Notes: a model not told the origin generated them from the letters alone. Positions 1 to 9,065 are shown, numbered from the stretch's first letter. The stretch: DNA of 52,539 nucleotides from a virus (IMGVR_UViG_3300017700_000625:1-52539); one strand, 5' to 3'. Made by a program: numbers and translations.

Positions 1-123
1 AACCACCTGCGAGCCTTCCACGCGCGCGGGCGTGTGGGCGACGCCCTGGCGCAGTTCGCCAGACTGCGGCGCAGGGGCCTCGCCTGGCGCGGATGAGGTG
101 TTGGGGTTGCCCTCATGCTTGCG
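1..123 (+). repeat. Terminal direct repeat, copy 1 (assembly circularisation overlap)
   Basis: aaccacctgc...catgcttgcg is identical to 52417-52539. Confidence 0.97.
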
Positions 124-273
124 CCCGGTGCGCTGCGGCGGGATGGACAGAATATCAATAAGCTGGTTTTCGCCCTCAGCTGCGGCGAGCTCCACGCCCG
201 CCACCACTTTGGCCAGCACATAGCTACGCCCCAGCGGAACGCGAATGACCGATTTGACTCGAGACTTAGCCAT
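1..273 (-). CDS. HK97 gp10-like neck/tail-completion protein, 5' part (continues at 52416..52267; 140 aa total; absent from ORF track)
   Basis: Hand translation MAKSRVKSVIR...SSAPGEAPAPQSGELRQG...; SAPGE-x-P and ELG...PRP motifs; position among neck genes. Confidence 0.85.
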   Translation of the reverse strand, partial: MAKSRVKSVIRVPLGRSYVLAKVVAGVELAAAEGENQLIDILSIPPQRTGRKHEGNPNTSSAPGEAPAPQSGELRQGVAHTPARVEGSQVV

Positions 274-610
274 CCACCACCTCGAAAACCCAATGGCTTT
301 CCAGCCCATCCTGGCGCGACTTGCCGAGGGTGTAGGTGGCGCCATCAAGCACGATGGCGTTTCCTTCCTGCGGGGCCGATGCAAGGCCCGTGGATAGAAT
401 GATTATTTCGGTGGTGAAGATGGTCCCGCCGCCCTCACCCTGCGCCTTGCGGATGCTCTTACGCGCCCTGCACGCGACGGCCGCCGGGTTTGTCGGGACG
501 CTGAAACCGCTGCTGTTGATCGTGGTGGTTCCGGCGGCCGTCAGTAGCGCATCGCCAAAAGTGAAGTTCACCCCCGCCAGAAGCGCCGCCTTGATGTTTG
601 CCAGCCCCAC
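266..610 (-). CDS. Putative head-closure/head-tail joining protein
   Basis: 114 aa, beta-rich; lies between the DUF4054 adaptor and the gp10-like gene. Confidence 0.6.
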   Translation of the reverse strand: MGLANIKAALLAGVNFTFGDALLTAAGTTTINSSGFSVPTNPAAVACRARKSIRKAQGEGGGTIFTTEIIILSTGLASAPQEGNAIVLDGATYTLGKSRQDGLESHWVFEVVDG

Positions 611-620
611 AAGCTGCCCC

Positions 621-1004
621 CTAGATTACATAGACGGCGGGGAAGCTGCGCCGGCGCAGGTCGAGGTAGGTTTTTCCGTACTGCGTCGACGCATACGGGG
701 AAATCTCTGAGGCGCTGCCGGATCCCGAACCGCTGCCGCGGCGCAGTTCAAGGTCACCGGATTTGATGTGGCTGAAGTCACCGGCGCCCGCCAGTTGCGC
801 CGCCGTGGAAGTGCCGAGGCCCTGCATCGTGAGGGTGTGCGCCACCCAATACTGCGCGGCCGGCTTATAGTCGTTTTCAATCCATGACTCCGAAACGGCT
901 GACCCGGCTTCCGCGATTACAGCGTCAATCGTGACATCAGCCACTGCTGCAAACTCAGGAAACCGGGCCTTGATTTCGGCCGAAGTGGGAAGCGTATAAG
1001 CCAA
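621..1004 (-). CDS. Head-tail adaptor, DUF4054 family
   Basis: ARFPEF N-terminus, AHxL, STQYGKTYLDLRR C-terminus. Confidence 0.85.
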   Translation of the reverse strand: MAYTLPTSAEIKARFPEFAAVADVTIDAVIAEAGSAVSESWIENDYKPAAQYWVAHTLTMQGLGTSTAAQLAGAGDFSHIKSGDLELRRGSGSGSGSASEISPYASTQYGKTYLDLRRRSFPAVYVI

Positions 1005-1007
1005 TCC

Positions 1008-1400
1008 CTAGACGCCCTTCTCAAAGGCTTTTTTGGCAGCGCCGTGGGCGTTCCACGCCTTGCCGAGTTCGCCTTTAGCCACGCTGATCGCCTTTTTCTT
1101 TTCGGGCGTGTCATCGCCGTTGGCTTCGGCGGCGGCCAAGTTGTCCTTGGCCATCTTCACCACGTTTTCCGCATCGGTCAGAGCGGCCTGCAAGGCCCCG
1201 TTTTCCTCATCGGTGGTGTCGACCTTGTTGCCCTTGCCAACCGAAATGTCGCGGCGCGCGATCAGGCCGGCGTGGAATGTGTCGGATGCGTCGAACCCCT
1301 CCACCTCGCGCGTTTCGCCGGCCGGGATTTTGATGAGCGTATCTTTGCCATCACGAACGGCTGCTGCGCGGTTCTTAAGATTGTTCCGAATTTTAACCAT
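1008..1400 (-). CDS. Hypothetical virion-associated protein
   Basis: 130 aa, SD ggag; directly downstream of the capsid gene. Confidence 0.6.
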   Translation of the reverse strand: MVKIRNNLKNRAAAVRDGKDTLIKIPAGETREVEGFDASDTFHAGLIARRDISVGKGNKVDTTDEENGALQAALTDAENVVKMAKDNLAAAEANGDDTPEKKKAISVAKGELGKAWNAHGAAKKAFEKGV

Positions 1401-1448
1401 CGTTTTAGTCTCCGTTTTGGGCGTCCTGCCCGACCCTTTGGAAATGGT

Positions 1449-1477
1449 CAGGCCCCAGCCTTTTGGGCCGGGGCCTG
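1449..1477 (-). terminator. Hairpin after major capsid gene (terminator/stabiliser)
   Basis: caggcccc...ggggcctg inverted repeat; weak U-tract. Confidence 0.5.
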
Positions 1478-1483
1478 GTCGAA

Positions 1484-2428
1484 CTAGAAGGCGTCTCGGT
1501 AGCGAACGGCGCCCGGGAGGCGGATATCAACGCCGCCGAGGCGCATCACGCCCGGGACGTTGTAATAGAGCCCTTCCTGCTGAACCTCGAGGAAACGATG
1601 ACTCATCGGAATGTGGAGTTTCACCACGTCGGGCGCGCGGCGATAGGCGACCATGCGCTGAGTGGTGGACACGCCGACAGTTTCGAGGCCGCGCACGGCG
1701 CGCACCGTGATCTTTTTCCCGGTCTGCATGGTGTAGAGGTTCGACTTGAGGAAATAGTCAAGAATCGTCATCGCGCTGTCGGCGCTCATCGGAGTCGTCG
1801 CGATGTAGGCAAGGCGATCAGGGGACAGCAACAGCGTGTCGGCCATTTCGATCTGCAGCGAGTCCGACCAGACGTCAGTGATGATTTCGTTCAGGTCTTT
1901 CAGCACTTCCAGAGACGTTTTCGCGGTCCAGAGGCGCGAGGTGGCGCCGGCGTTGTTGGCCACGTTCGCCGGCGTGATTCCGCTGTTATTGATGAAGGGC
2001 TGAAAACCCTTGTCAGCGTCGCCCGTGGACAGCGCGACATAGTCCACGAATTCCTCAGAGATACGGCGCGCGGAGTCGGCGCGGTCGGCAGTCAGGGCGA
2101 TTCCCATCATGCGGGCCAGGCCGATTTCTTCCCATCCGAAGTCATAGCCGATGCCGGCGGTGTGAACGCCGGTGCTGGTTTCGCTGCGGCTGGTGGCGAC
2201 GTTCGGAATGTCTTTGGCGTTGCCGTTGATCCATTTGGCAAGGCCGCGCGCGTCGGTCGATGAGTAGATGACCGACTGCGCAAACTCAGGCGCCGAATAG
2301 TCCACCGGGATCAATTCCGGGTACTGCACGGTTGGGTAGCGGGTGGCATATACGCCCGCCTCGATGTGCGCCGCCTGGCTGCGGATAAAGGCCATGTTGG
2401 CCTGCGCGTCGTGAATGTCGATATTCAT
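1484..2428 (-). CDS. Major capsid protein, DUF2184 family
   Basis: 314 aa; YPELIPV, GYDFGWEEI, RLGGVDIRLPGAVRYRD; follows protease and decoration genes. Confidence 0.92.
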   Translation of the reverse strand: MNIDIHDAQANMAFIRSQAAHIEAGVYATRYPTVQYPELIPVDYSAPEFAQSVIYSSTDARGLAKWINGNAKDIPNVATSRSETSTGVHTAGIGYDFGWEEIGLARMMGIALTADRADSARRISEEFVDYVALSTGDADKGFQPFINNSGITPANVANNAGATSRLWTAKTSLEVLKDLNEIITDVWSDSLQIEMADTLLLSPDRLAYIATTPMSADSAMTILDYFLKSNLYTMQTGKKITVRAVRGLETVGVSTTQRMVAYRRAPDVVKLHIPMSHRFLEVQQEGLYYNVPGVMRLGGVDIRLPGAVRYRDAF

Positions 2429-2499
2429 GGGCTTCCGTCCTTTTTCGGGGCCTTAGAGCGCAGGCCGTTTGGCCGTCCTAAGTCACCGGATTGATGGGG

Positions 2500-2958
2500 C
2501 TAGAGCAAGCGCAGCAGCGCCAGGGCGCCGGAAAGCGCCGTGGTGTCGAACACGCCGTTAAGCGCGGTGATGTTCGCACCCGACGTTTTCTGAATGACGC
2601 CGGTGGCTTCCACGAAATAGGCGCGATCGCCGGCCACCACGTTTTCGCCAACGGTGACGTAAACATGGCCCTTCGTGATGATGCGCGCTTCCGACCCTTC
2701 GACAAAACGGTCAGTGTTCGCGGCCACCAGCAGCTGCGCGCTTTCCTCGCGCGCGACGATGCCGAGAACCTTGTTTTCGCCGTTCAGGTTCGGGTTGATG
2801 GCGTGCGCGTCGCCGGTGCCTTGAACGGCCACGGTGCCGAACGCGAGGCCCGCCGCTTCCTCAACCGTGCGGCTGATAAGCGTGTTCGGGATTTGCGTTC
2901 CGATCTGGCCGACGAACGCCGCAGAGTGGCGCTCACTGTAAGTGGTTTGGTTAGCCAT
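2500..2958 (-). CDS. Head decoration/cement protein
   Basis: 152 aa between protease and capsid; QTTYS, LAFG, KGHVYV motifs. Confidence 0.8.
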   Translation of the reverse strand: MANQTTYSERHSAAFVGQIGTQIPNTLISRTVEEAAGLAFGTVAVQGTGDAHAINPNLNGENKVLGIVAREESAQLLVAANTDRFVEGSEARIITKGHVYVTVGENVVAGDRAYFVEATGVIQKTSGANITALNGVFDTTALSGALALLRLL

Positions 2959-3002
2959 GGTCTGAGCCTTTCAGGCTTCGGGTTGAGGGGTGGAGGCGGC
3001 GC

Positions 3003-4223
3003 CTAGTTTTTCCAAGCGCTGGCGCGTTCCGCTTCTGCCGCCTTGCGGGCCTGGTCGCGGTTCAGCGTCTTCCCGTCGACCACCGGCAGCGCGGGCGTTG
3101 CGTGCTGCAGATGGCTGCGGAGAGGATCCCCGCTGACGCCGGCGTCGCCCACCGACAGCACAAGGCCGTCAAACAGCGCCGCGACGTATTCGGGAACCTT
3201 GTCAGCCAGCGAAAGGGTGGGGTGTTTGGCCATTACGGCCGCTTTGTGGATTTCGGCGGCCGACTTGCCGTCAAAGACGAATTCCGCCGGCAGCAGCTTC
3301 CGGGCGCTGTCCAGAAGCTTCACGCGATCAGCCACCAGCGCGTCGACTTTCGCAGCATCCGGCGCGGCGTCTTTCAGCGCCTTGATTTCCGCATCCTTCG
3401 CGGTGATGGCCGCGGCGTGGGTGAGTTCGGCGGCGGCGGCCTTGCCTTCGGCGGTCTGGCGGGCCGCTTCCGAGTCCGCCAGCTGCTTGACGACTTTGTC
3501 GAACATGACGGCGCCGACGTCGGAAATCTGGAACTGGTGGCCATCATGGACTCGGGCCTGCAGTGCAGGCGTAACGGTGGTGTTCATTGTGTTCCCTTTG
3601 CTGCATCCGCAGTCTTCCACTGACGCCTTTTCCACCGTGCGCGAGGGGGCGCGATCGCCCACCCTGCAAAGCGGCCCGCATCGCCCGGCGTCGACTAGGG
3701 CGATGTGATTTCCAATGATTTTGCGCATGCGGGCGTCATAGCGTTCGCCCTCATACTCCCCGGTTTCGCGGGTGATATCGGCGCGATATCCGGCCGACAG
3801 TTCGCCATCGCCGCGCTGCACCTTGTTGATTGCATCAGCGTGGGTGATGCGCAGGTTACCGGCCACGAAAATTCCGTCACGGGTCAGCGTCTCGCCGCAC
3901 GCGCCTACCTGATGTTCCTTGATGTTGCTGGCGTTGACGTTTTCCCACGGGTGGCCATCGGTCACCGGCTGGCGGGCGAAAGAGGCCATAGAAGCGGGGT
4001 CGAACACATCGTCAGGGTGGCGCAGCACGCGCACAATCGACATGGACTCGCGGTCGCTGAACAGGTCGCCAAGTTCAAAGGCGTTGTATTCATAGACGCC
4101 GCTGCGGGAAATCCGGGCTGAGATATCCAGATAGCCCTCTGCCGTGAGACGGCCTGAGCCTGCGCCTAAGCTGATTTTGTCCTGTAGCTGAAACACCGCC
4201 CCTCGCCCGTTAGAATCATCCAA
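3003..4223 (-). CDS. Prohead protease/scaffold, DUF2213 family
   Basis: EGYL, RSGVYEY, PVTDGHP, ELSAGY, NHIALVDAGRCG; Ala-rich coiled C-terminus; start codon uncertain. Confidence 0.9.
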   Translation of the reverse strand: MDDSNGRGAVFQLQDKISLGAGSGRLTAEGYLDISARISRSGVYEYNAFELGDLFSDRESMSIVRVLRHPDDVFDPASMASFARQPVTDGHPWENVNASNIKEHQVGACGETLTRDGIFVAGNLRITHADAINKVQRGDGELSAGYRADITRETGEYEGERYDARMRKIIGNHIALVDAGRCGPLCRVGDRAPSRTVEKASVEDCGCSKGNTMNTTVTPALQARVHDGHQFQISDVGAVMFDKVVKQLADSEAARQTAEGKAAAAELTHAAAITAKDAEIKALKDAAPDAAKVDALVADRVKLLDSARKLLPAEFVFDGKSAAEIHKAAVMAKHPTLSLADKVPEYVAALFDGLVLSVGDAGVSGDPLRSHLQHATPALPVVDGKTLNRDQARKAAEAERASAWKN

Positions 4224-4270
4224 CGGGCCTACCTATTGCATGTCTAGGGGTTTGTTAACACTACCCATGG

Positions 4271-4309
4271 GAAAGGCCGCCAACTGCTTCCCAACAGCGG
4301 CGGCCTTTC
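4271..4309 (-). terminator. Intrinsic terminator-like hairpin
   Basis: gaaaggccgcc...ggcggcctttc, 11-bp inverted repeat. Confidence 0.6.
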
Positions 4310-4356
4310 GGTAGTGCAGCACGCGAACCCAAGAGGGGTAACTCAGAGAGTCCGCA

Positions 4357-4368
4357 CCAGAATTCTGG
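4357..4368. promoter_or_regulatory. Palindromic operator CCAGAATTCTGG
   Basis: Perfect copy, intergenic, upstream of the head operon. Confidence 0.7.
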
Positions 4369-4386
4369 CGCAGCCCCCCGAGTAAG

Positions 4387-5115
4387 TCAATTGCCGTGGG
4401 CGCTGGCCGTCATTGGGCGCGGGCCTTTGGCGTCATTCTTGGCCATGGCTTCAGCCAGTTGTTCCGGCGTGATTTTCTGCACGCCGTTGGCGCCGGGAAC
4501 CACCTTGGGATCATGGCCGAAGCGCGCCCGGCCTTCGATATTGCGGATCGTCTCGCCCCATCCCCGGTGATTGCGCTCCTGCTTGGCCTTGTAGGTGTTC
4601 GTGCGGTCACGTTCGGCGGCCGCCTCGAGTTCATCCGGGCGAACATTCTTCAGGCCGGTGACGAATGCCCGGCGTGAAAAGAGGTTCATCACGCAGACGC
4701 CCACGGAAGCGGTCATCAGCGCCCAAAAGCCGAAGGTGGGCAGACCGGCGGCGGCGTTCACGCTGTTGAAGCGCTCGAGTCCAAGGTGAACGCCGAACGC
4801 CTCGCCCACGAACGCAAAGGCGGCAATGAGCACCGCCATGCTGGCGACGTCGGCGCGGGTGCGCGCCGCCATGATGACGCGGTGAACGCTGCGGCTGAGG
4901 GTGAGCGAGAGGGCGACGGCTGCGGGCGCGAGGCCCCAGACGAACGCGCCATATTGCGCATAGCCATAGACGCTGATTCCGATGGCGGCCGCGACGGGGA
5001 TATGAACCACCACGTCCATGACCCAATCGTGTTTCAGTTCGTCGGGCGTCTCGCGATCGGCTTGGCGGGCGGCGGCGCGGCGCGCGCGGTTCAGCTGTTG
5101 GATGATATCGGGCAT
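4387..5115 (-). CDS. Multi-pass membrane protein (242 aa), function unknown
   Basis: About 4 hydrophobic segments; start reassigned to ATG 5115 after SD aggacagga. Confidence 0.75.
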   Translation of the reverse strand: MPDIIQQLNRARRAAARQADRETPDELKHDWVMDVVVHIPVAAAIGISVYGYAQYGAFVWGLAPAAVALSLTLSRSVHRVIMAARTRADVASMAVLIAAFAFVGEAFGVHLGLERFNSVNAAAGLPTFGFWALMTASVGVCVMNLFSRRAFVTGLKNVRPDELEAAAERDRTNTYKAKQERNHRGWGETIRNIEGRARFGHDPKVVPGANGVQKITPEQLAEAMAKNDAKGPRPMTASAHGN

Positions 5116-5178
5116 GTTCGTTTTTCCTGTCCTGCAAAGGTGGCCGTGATTGGCCTGGTCGAACCATGCGGGAGGAAG

Positions 5179-5194
5179 GTTAACGGGGTGTTGC
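5179..5194 (-). promoter_or_regulatory. CtrA-box-like promoter element GCAA-N7-TTAAC
   Basis: Followed by N10 and CATGGT; closely similar to the 28074 element. Confidence 0.55.
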
Positions 5195-5220
5195 CTGGCC
5201 ACGATAATTTTTGAGGTCGG

Positions 5221-5695
5221 AAAAGTGGCTTGCGACTCCCGCGCAATCTAACCCATCGCGCGGGAGTCTCATGCGCGGCCAGCCGTCAGCCGTGTTCCCC
5301 AACTGACACCGGGTTAAGCACCGGAAGGGGTAAGCGCATGTGGAGGGCGTTGCACTCATGCCGATACCCTGCAGGGCCTTCGGCTGGTGGCGCGGTGTCC
5401 TCATAAATAGGAAGCGCCGGCGAGGGTTTCCCCTGCCGGCGCTTCCCCCGCTGTGAATGGGGGCGGTGGGTGGCGCGAACTGTTACCGCTCTAGAAACGG
5501 TGAGAGACGGGCCGCCACCGGCCTTATCGCCTCCCGCTATGACCTCACCACGGGCGAACCCGCAAAGCCCCCTCTGTGTATGCTTTGGCGGCGCCGGGTG
5601 GGGCGAACCTGCACCCGGCGCCGCCGTTCCGCATCTGGCTGTTTGAAAACGCCCGGGGTGAGTGTCTGCAAAGCCAGAAGCGAACTCGAATTCAG
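5221..5695 (-). ncRNA. Candidate structured non-coding RNA
   Basis: At least 6 GC-rich hairpins, UUCG and GAAA tetraloops on the minus strand, upstream promoter, no convincing ORF. Confidence 0.5.
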
Positions 5696-5703
5696 TGAAA
5701 ACG

Positions 5704-5732
5704 GTTCAACCAGAATTCTGGCGAGCGGTCAA
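5704..5732 (-). promoter_or_regulatory. Promoter TTGACC-N5-operator (CCAGAATTCTGG at 5710-5721)
   Basis: Same geometry as the 19946, 28055 and 31057 sites; -10 is weak. Confidence 0.6.
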
Positions 5733-5872
5733 GGGCGCGTCGGGTCTGGCTCGCCAGCTTCCAGCTTGCCGATGAATTTTCCAGACAGCCGCTTGCGCCG
5801 CACCCGGTTGAAAAGGATGACGGCAGCAGCGCCCGCCGCCATCCCGGTCAAGAGGAACAGAGTCCCCACCAT
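5729..5872 (-). CDS. Small single-TM protein (47 aa)
   Basis: MVGTLFLLTGMAAGAAAVILFNRVRRK. Confidence 0.5.
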   Translation of the reverse strand: MVGTLFLLTGMAAGAAAVILFNRVRRKRLSGKFIGKLEAGEPDPTRP

Positions 5873-5876
5873 CGCG

Positions 5877-6086
5877 TCAGTCCCCGAAAATGCGGTTTTT
5901 GACAAGCGATTTCCAGAGCCACCAGATGATTGCGGCCGTGCCGAGGATGGCGATAAAGCCGTGGATGGGTTCGAACGGCGGCATTTTGAAAAGCAGCGTC
6001 CAGACGAGATATCCCACGATGAAAGCGGTGAAGATATCCGCCGCGCGCTCGAGGAATCCTTTTTGGTCTTCAGTGATAACAGCCAT
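5877..6086 (-). CDS. Small 2-TM membrane protein
   Basis: SD aagga; two hydrophobic helices. Confidence 0.7.
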   Translation of the reverse strand: MAVITEDQKGFLERAADIFTAFIVGYLVWTLLFKMPPFEPIHGFIAILGTAAIIWWLWKSLVKNRIFGD

Positions 6087-6100
6087 GGCAATCCGTCCTT

Positions 6101-6505
6101 TTACGCCCGCTTGCGAAGTTGAAGGGTTGCCGCGGGCTTGGGCTCCCCGTTCGGTTCGGTGATGTTGAGGGTGCGCGTGCGCTGGTTGAGCGGCTGGCCG
6201 TCTGTTCCGCGTACCGTGACCGTCAGAATGGTGACGCCCGATTCCTCGCAGCGCTGCAGGATGACGCCTGGCGCGACATGGCAGAATGCAATGAAAATGT
6301 CGGTCACTGACCAGCGGGCCTGGTCAATCTCGATTTCCCGGCCATCCATCCAGCGCAGCACTGCGTCAAAGGCGAAATCGAAATCAGCTTGTGACACCCG
6401 GCCGCGCAGCTGCGCTATGACCCGTTCCCGCCAGTGTTCAAAGCTTGTCGGCTTCGGCAGCTTTCCGACGGCCTTGATGTGGACGGGGTCAACCGGGTCA
6501 ACCAT
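6101..6505 (-). CDS. Hypothetical protein
   Basis: Coupled to upstream ORF; start reassigned to ATG 6505. Confidence 0.6.
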   Translation of the reverse strand: MVDPVDPVHIKAVGKLPKPTSFEHWRERVIAQLRGRVSQADFDFAFDAVLRWMDGREIEIDQARWSVTDIFIAFCHVAPGVILQRCEESGVTILTVTVRGTDGQPLNQRTRTLNITEPNGEPKPAATLQLRKRA

Positions 6506-6833
6506 TCCACAGCCCGCGCCGCATAAGTTCGGCCTCAATCTCCCCGTCGCGTTCGGCCGTCGGCAGGTCGAATACCGTCCGGTTCACGTTGCGCATGAAC
6601 ATGCGACGAGCGCGGCGCCGCTCTTTCGTGGTGGGCGTGTCAGCGATTTTGGCGGCATAGACGCGGCCGGCGCAGTCAATCAGGGCGTCCATCGCCTCGG
6701 TCGGATTGGCGCCCATCAGGTTGGCATCATGCAGGAACCTGCCCAGCAGGTTTGCCATAGCGTCCCGACGAATGGCGGCCTTGCTGTCCACGCGCGCCCC
6801 AGCGATTGCGTTTCTGATTCGCGGAGAGTGCAT
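6498..6833 (-). CDS. Hypothetical protein
   Basis: 111 aa, in operon. Confidence 0.6.
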   Translation of the reverse strand: MHSPRIRNAIAGARVDSKAAIRRDAMANLLGRFLHDANLMGANPTEAMDALIDCAGRVYAAKIADTPTTKERRRARRMFMRNVNRTVFDLPTAERDGEIEAELMRRGLWNG

Positions 6834-6860
6834 GGGAGGCGGGCCGGGGGCAACCCGGGG

Positions 6861-7013
6861 CTAGTGGCCGCCATACAGGCGGGCGACTTGCTCCACAAAT
6901 CCCGGCGTTGTCCAAGCGGCTACCCACAAGCCGACATTGAACGCCAGCCAGGCCGTCAGCAGATGACTGCCGAAGCGGTCCAACCATTCGGAGAATCGCC
7001 CGCCGCTAGTCAC
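6861..7013 (-). CDS. Small TM protein (50 aa, absent from ORF track)
   Basis: GTG start overlapping the upstream gene; LLTAWLAFNVGLWVAAW. Confidence 0.5.
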   Translation of the reverse strand: MTSGGRFSEWLDRFGSHLLTAWLAFNVGLWVAAWTTPGFVEQVARLYGGH

Positions 7014-7269
7014 CGCGCTTGCCCGCTTCCTGGCGCCGGAAATCCATGGCGCGCTTGATGTTGCGCCGGCGATTGCGCGCGCGCGAGGCGTTCAGCTTGG
7101 CCAGGCCCGCGTCATCGATAGGGCGCAGGCCCGACGGCTTCGGCGGCGTGGGGATGGTCTGCGGCGGCGCGCGCGTGGCGGATGCTGCCGCGTCCAGCGG
7201 CGTAACGCCCATGCTGCTGACGGCCAGCAGAGCGGCAATCATGTTGGACGAGCGGATAAGGCTAGACAT
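7006..7269 (-). CDS. Hypothetical basic protein
   Basis: SD aagga before ATG 7269. Confidence 0.55.
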   Translation of the reverse strand: MSSLIRSSNMIAALLAVSSMGVTPLDAAASATRAPPQTIPTPPKPSGLRPIDDAGLAKLNASRARNRRRNIKRAMDFRRQEAGKRGD

Positions 7270-7528
7270 TGACGCGGTCCTTTCCATAGGGGGCTTTGAG
7301 AAGTTGCGACATGCCGAACGCATGCCCCGAGTCGCAAACCGGTTGAAGCCTTCCGCGCGCGCCGTGAATGCAGCAAGGCGCTTCGGGATCCTCGCTCATG
7401 CCATTCCAGTGAACGCAGCGGCCGCAGACTGTCGGAACGTCGCGCACGCCAACAGGCTTCGGAACCGGCTTTGGCAGGTCCAATAGGTGCGGCTGGAAAA
7501 GGTCGCGCTGGCTGAGGTCAGGCTGCAT
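7262..7528 (-). CDS. Small Cys-rich (Zn-binding) protein with QRDLF motif
   Basis: CGRCVHW...CC; ATG 7528 overlaps the upstream gene. Confidence 0.55.
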   Translation of the reverse strand: MQPDLSQRDLFQPHLLDLPKPVPKPVGVRDVPTVCGRCVHWNGMSEDPEAPCCIHGARGRLQPVCDSGHAFGMSQLLKAPYGKDRVNV

Positions 7529-8108
7529 CGGGCCGATAAACCGTCTTGTTGAATTGCCGCCAGTTGCGCAGCAGCAGCGTTTCCAGAACGCGCTTGCGGA
7601 TGCTTTCCAGCGGGACGGTTTCAGCGATCCGGCGCCCGATGGCGTCACAGCCGCGGCATCCCATCACGTCGGCCTGCAGCAAGCGCGCGAGTTCGCGAAC
7701 CTCTGCCGCCCACATCATTTCCATCAGGCGATAAGGCGAGGTTGGCAGATATTGGCCGCTGCGGTCACCCATGCGGATGCTGTCACCCTCCGCGATCAGC
7801 ATTGACCAGCCAGGCGGCCGCTTGTTCGCGCAGCGCAGGAACAGGCTTGGCGCAGGCAGCAGGAACATTGACGTGCAGACGGCCGAATAGGCAGGCCCCT
7901 GAATGGCAAGCCGCGTGGGGCTGTCGCCATCGCCCTTGATTTCCACGCCCACCAGCTGCGTTGCCGTGACGGCCACCACGTCAATTTTTGCACCGCCGAA
8001 GTTCGCGGCCGAAAATTCGGGGATGATGAGCGCGTCAGGGTGCTTTTCACGCAGCCAGGCGATGGCCATGGCGAGCAGGCGCGGCGCGGGGTAGGCGTCG
8101 GCCGTCAC
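7518..8108 (-). CDS. PD-(D/E)XK nuclease-fold protein, sce7726-like
   Basis: E...KIDVVAV...GVEIKGDGDSPTRLAIQ..AYS. Confidence 0.7.
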   Translation of the reverse strand: MTADAYPAPRLLAMAIAWLREKHPDALIIPEFSAANFGGAKIDVVAVTATQLVGVEIKGDGDSPTRLAIQGPAYSAVCTSMFLLPAPSLFLRCANKRPPGWSMLIAEGDSIRMGDRSGQYLPTSPYRLMEMMWAAEVRELARLLQADVMGCRGCDAIGRRIAETVPLESIRKRVLETLLLRNWRQFNKTVYRPDAA

Positions 8109-8446
8109 GGCAGCACCTCGAGCGACTCCACGTAGGCGCGGCCGTCGACCATGCGCACGACGGATTTGACAGAGTGGTCGCCACCGGGCTGCGCGTAATC
8201 GATAGCCGTGAACCGGGCGTCAGGGGCTGGCGTCGTATCGGTATAGGTGAATCCCATCGCCTTCATCGTTTCGCTATTGGCAAACCAGTTCCCGCGCAGG
8301 TCTTGCCCGATCAGCCCCAGCTTATGCCAGATGCCGCGCGTGGACTCGTCAATCTTCCCGGTGCGGATGAAACGCAGCATATAGCGCCGCTGATGCCGGT
8401 TCATCGCCGCGATGATCTGCGCGACGGTGTGCTTTGGCGTCATCAT
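8105..8446 (-). CDS. Hypothetical protein
   Basis: 4-nt stop/start overlaps on both sides. Confidence 0.65.
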   Translation of the reverse strand: MMTPKHTVAQIIAAMNRHQRRYMLRFIRTGKIDESTRGIWHKLGLIGQDLRGNWFANSETMKAMGFTYTDTTPAPDARFTAIDYAQPGGDHSVKSVVRMVDGRAYVESLEVLP

Positions 8447-8838
8447 CCTGCGATGACCGCGCGCAACTCCTGCAGCACTGGCGCGCTTTCGCCAATGCCC
8501 TTTCCGGCCGCCTGTTCTTCGAATGATTTGGGCAGCGCCTTGTTCGAATCTTCGATCAGGTCGCGGTGAGCAAAAATCGCCTGCGTCACATATTCGGCCG
8601 TCACCTCGCCGGCGCGGCCCAACTCTTTCAGGCGTGGCCGGTCAATCTGATGGTGCATGAAGATGAGGCCAACCGCGTATTGGTTCGTTTCCATGAACAC
8701 GCGGAATTCATCCGGGCCGAACTTTTCCGAGTCCAGCGCCTGGCGGAATGCGATGGCCGCAGCCAGCCGCGCGCGAAGGTCGGCGCCGGTGATGCGCATG
8801 CAGGCGTCAGCCAGTTGCATTGATGCGGTGTCAGTCAT
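8443..8838 (-). CDS. Hypothetical protein
   Basis: SD aagga; ATGA overlap. Confidence 0.65.
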   Translation of the reverse strand: MTDTASMQLADACMRITGADLRARLAAAIAFRQALDSEKFGPDEFRVFMETNQYAVGLIFMHHQIDRPRLKELGRAGEVTAEYVTQAIFAHRDLIEDSNKALPKSFEEQAAGKGIGESAPVLQELRAVIAG

Positions 8839-9065
8839 GGCGTTTCCTTTTCAGCGGGAGCGGGCGGCGTCGCGAACAGCTTGCGCCAGAACTTTAGCGT
8901 GAGGTCGCCGCAGACGTAGGTGGCGAAAGCGAAGGCGGCGAACTGCGCGCCAACCGGCGCCGATATGCCGGCGAATGCGCCAATCAGGTTCATGGCATGC
9001 AGAATGGCAGCGCCGCCCCAAAAGACGACGGCGGCAATCCACAGCAGCCGCTGAAAATACTTCAT
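8835..9065 (-). CDS. Small 2-TM membrane protein
   Basis: MKYFQRLLWIAAVVFW...; ATGA overlap. Confidence 0.6.
   Translation of the reverse strand: MKYFQRLLWIAAVVFWGGAAILHAMNLIGAFAGISAPVGAQFAAFAFATYVCGDLTLKFWRKLFATPPAPAEKETP

Noticed and set aside
1-123. Biological terminal repeat or att site
   Set aside because: It falls mid-gene and the ORF reads through the join, so it is an assembly overlap of a circular or permuted genome
1033-3708. Long + strand ORFs opposite head genes (and similar shadow ORFs elsewhere)
   Set aside because: Antisense shadows expected at high GC; no motifs or SD
4244-4259. CtrA box upstream of the protease gene
   Set aside because: Only one good half-site (GTTAAC) and the spacing does not match the other five; left uncalled
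5485-5501. Amber-suppressor tRNA (5-bp stem with 7-nt UUCUAGA loop on the minus strand)
   Set aside because: Looks like an anticodon arm, but no D arm, paired T arm or acceptor stem could be built
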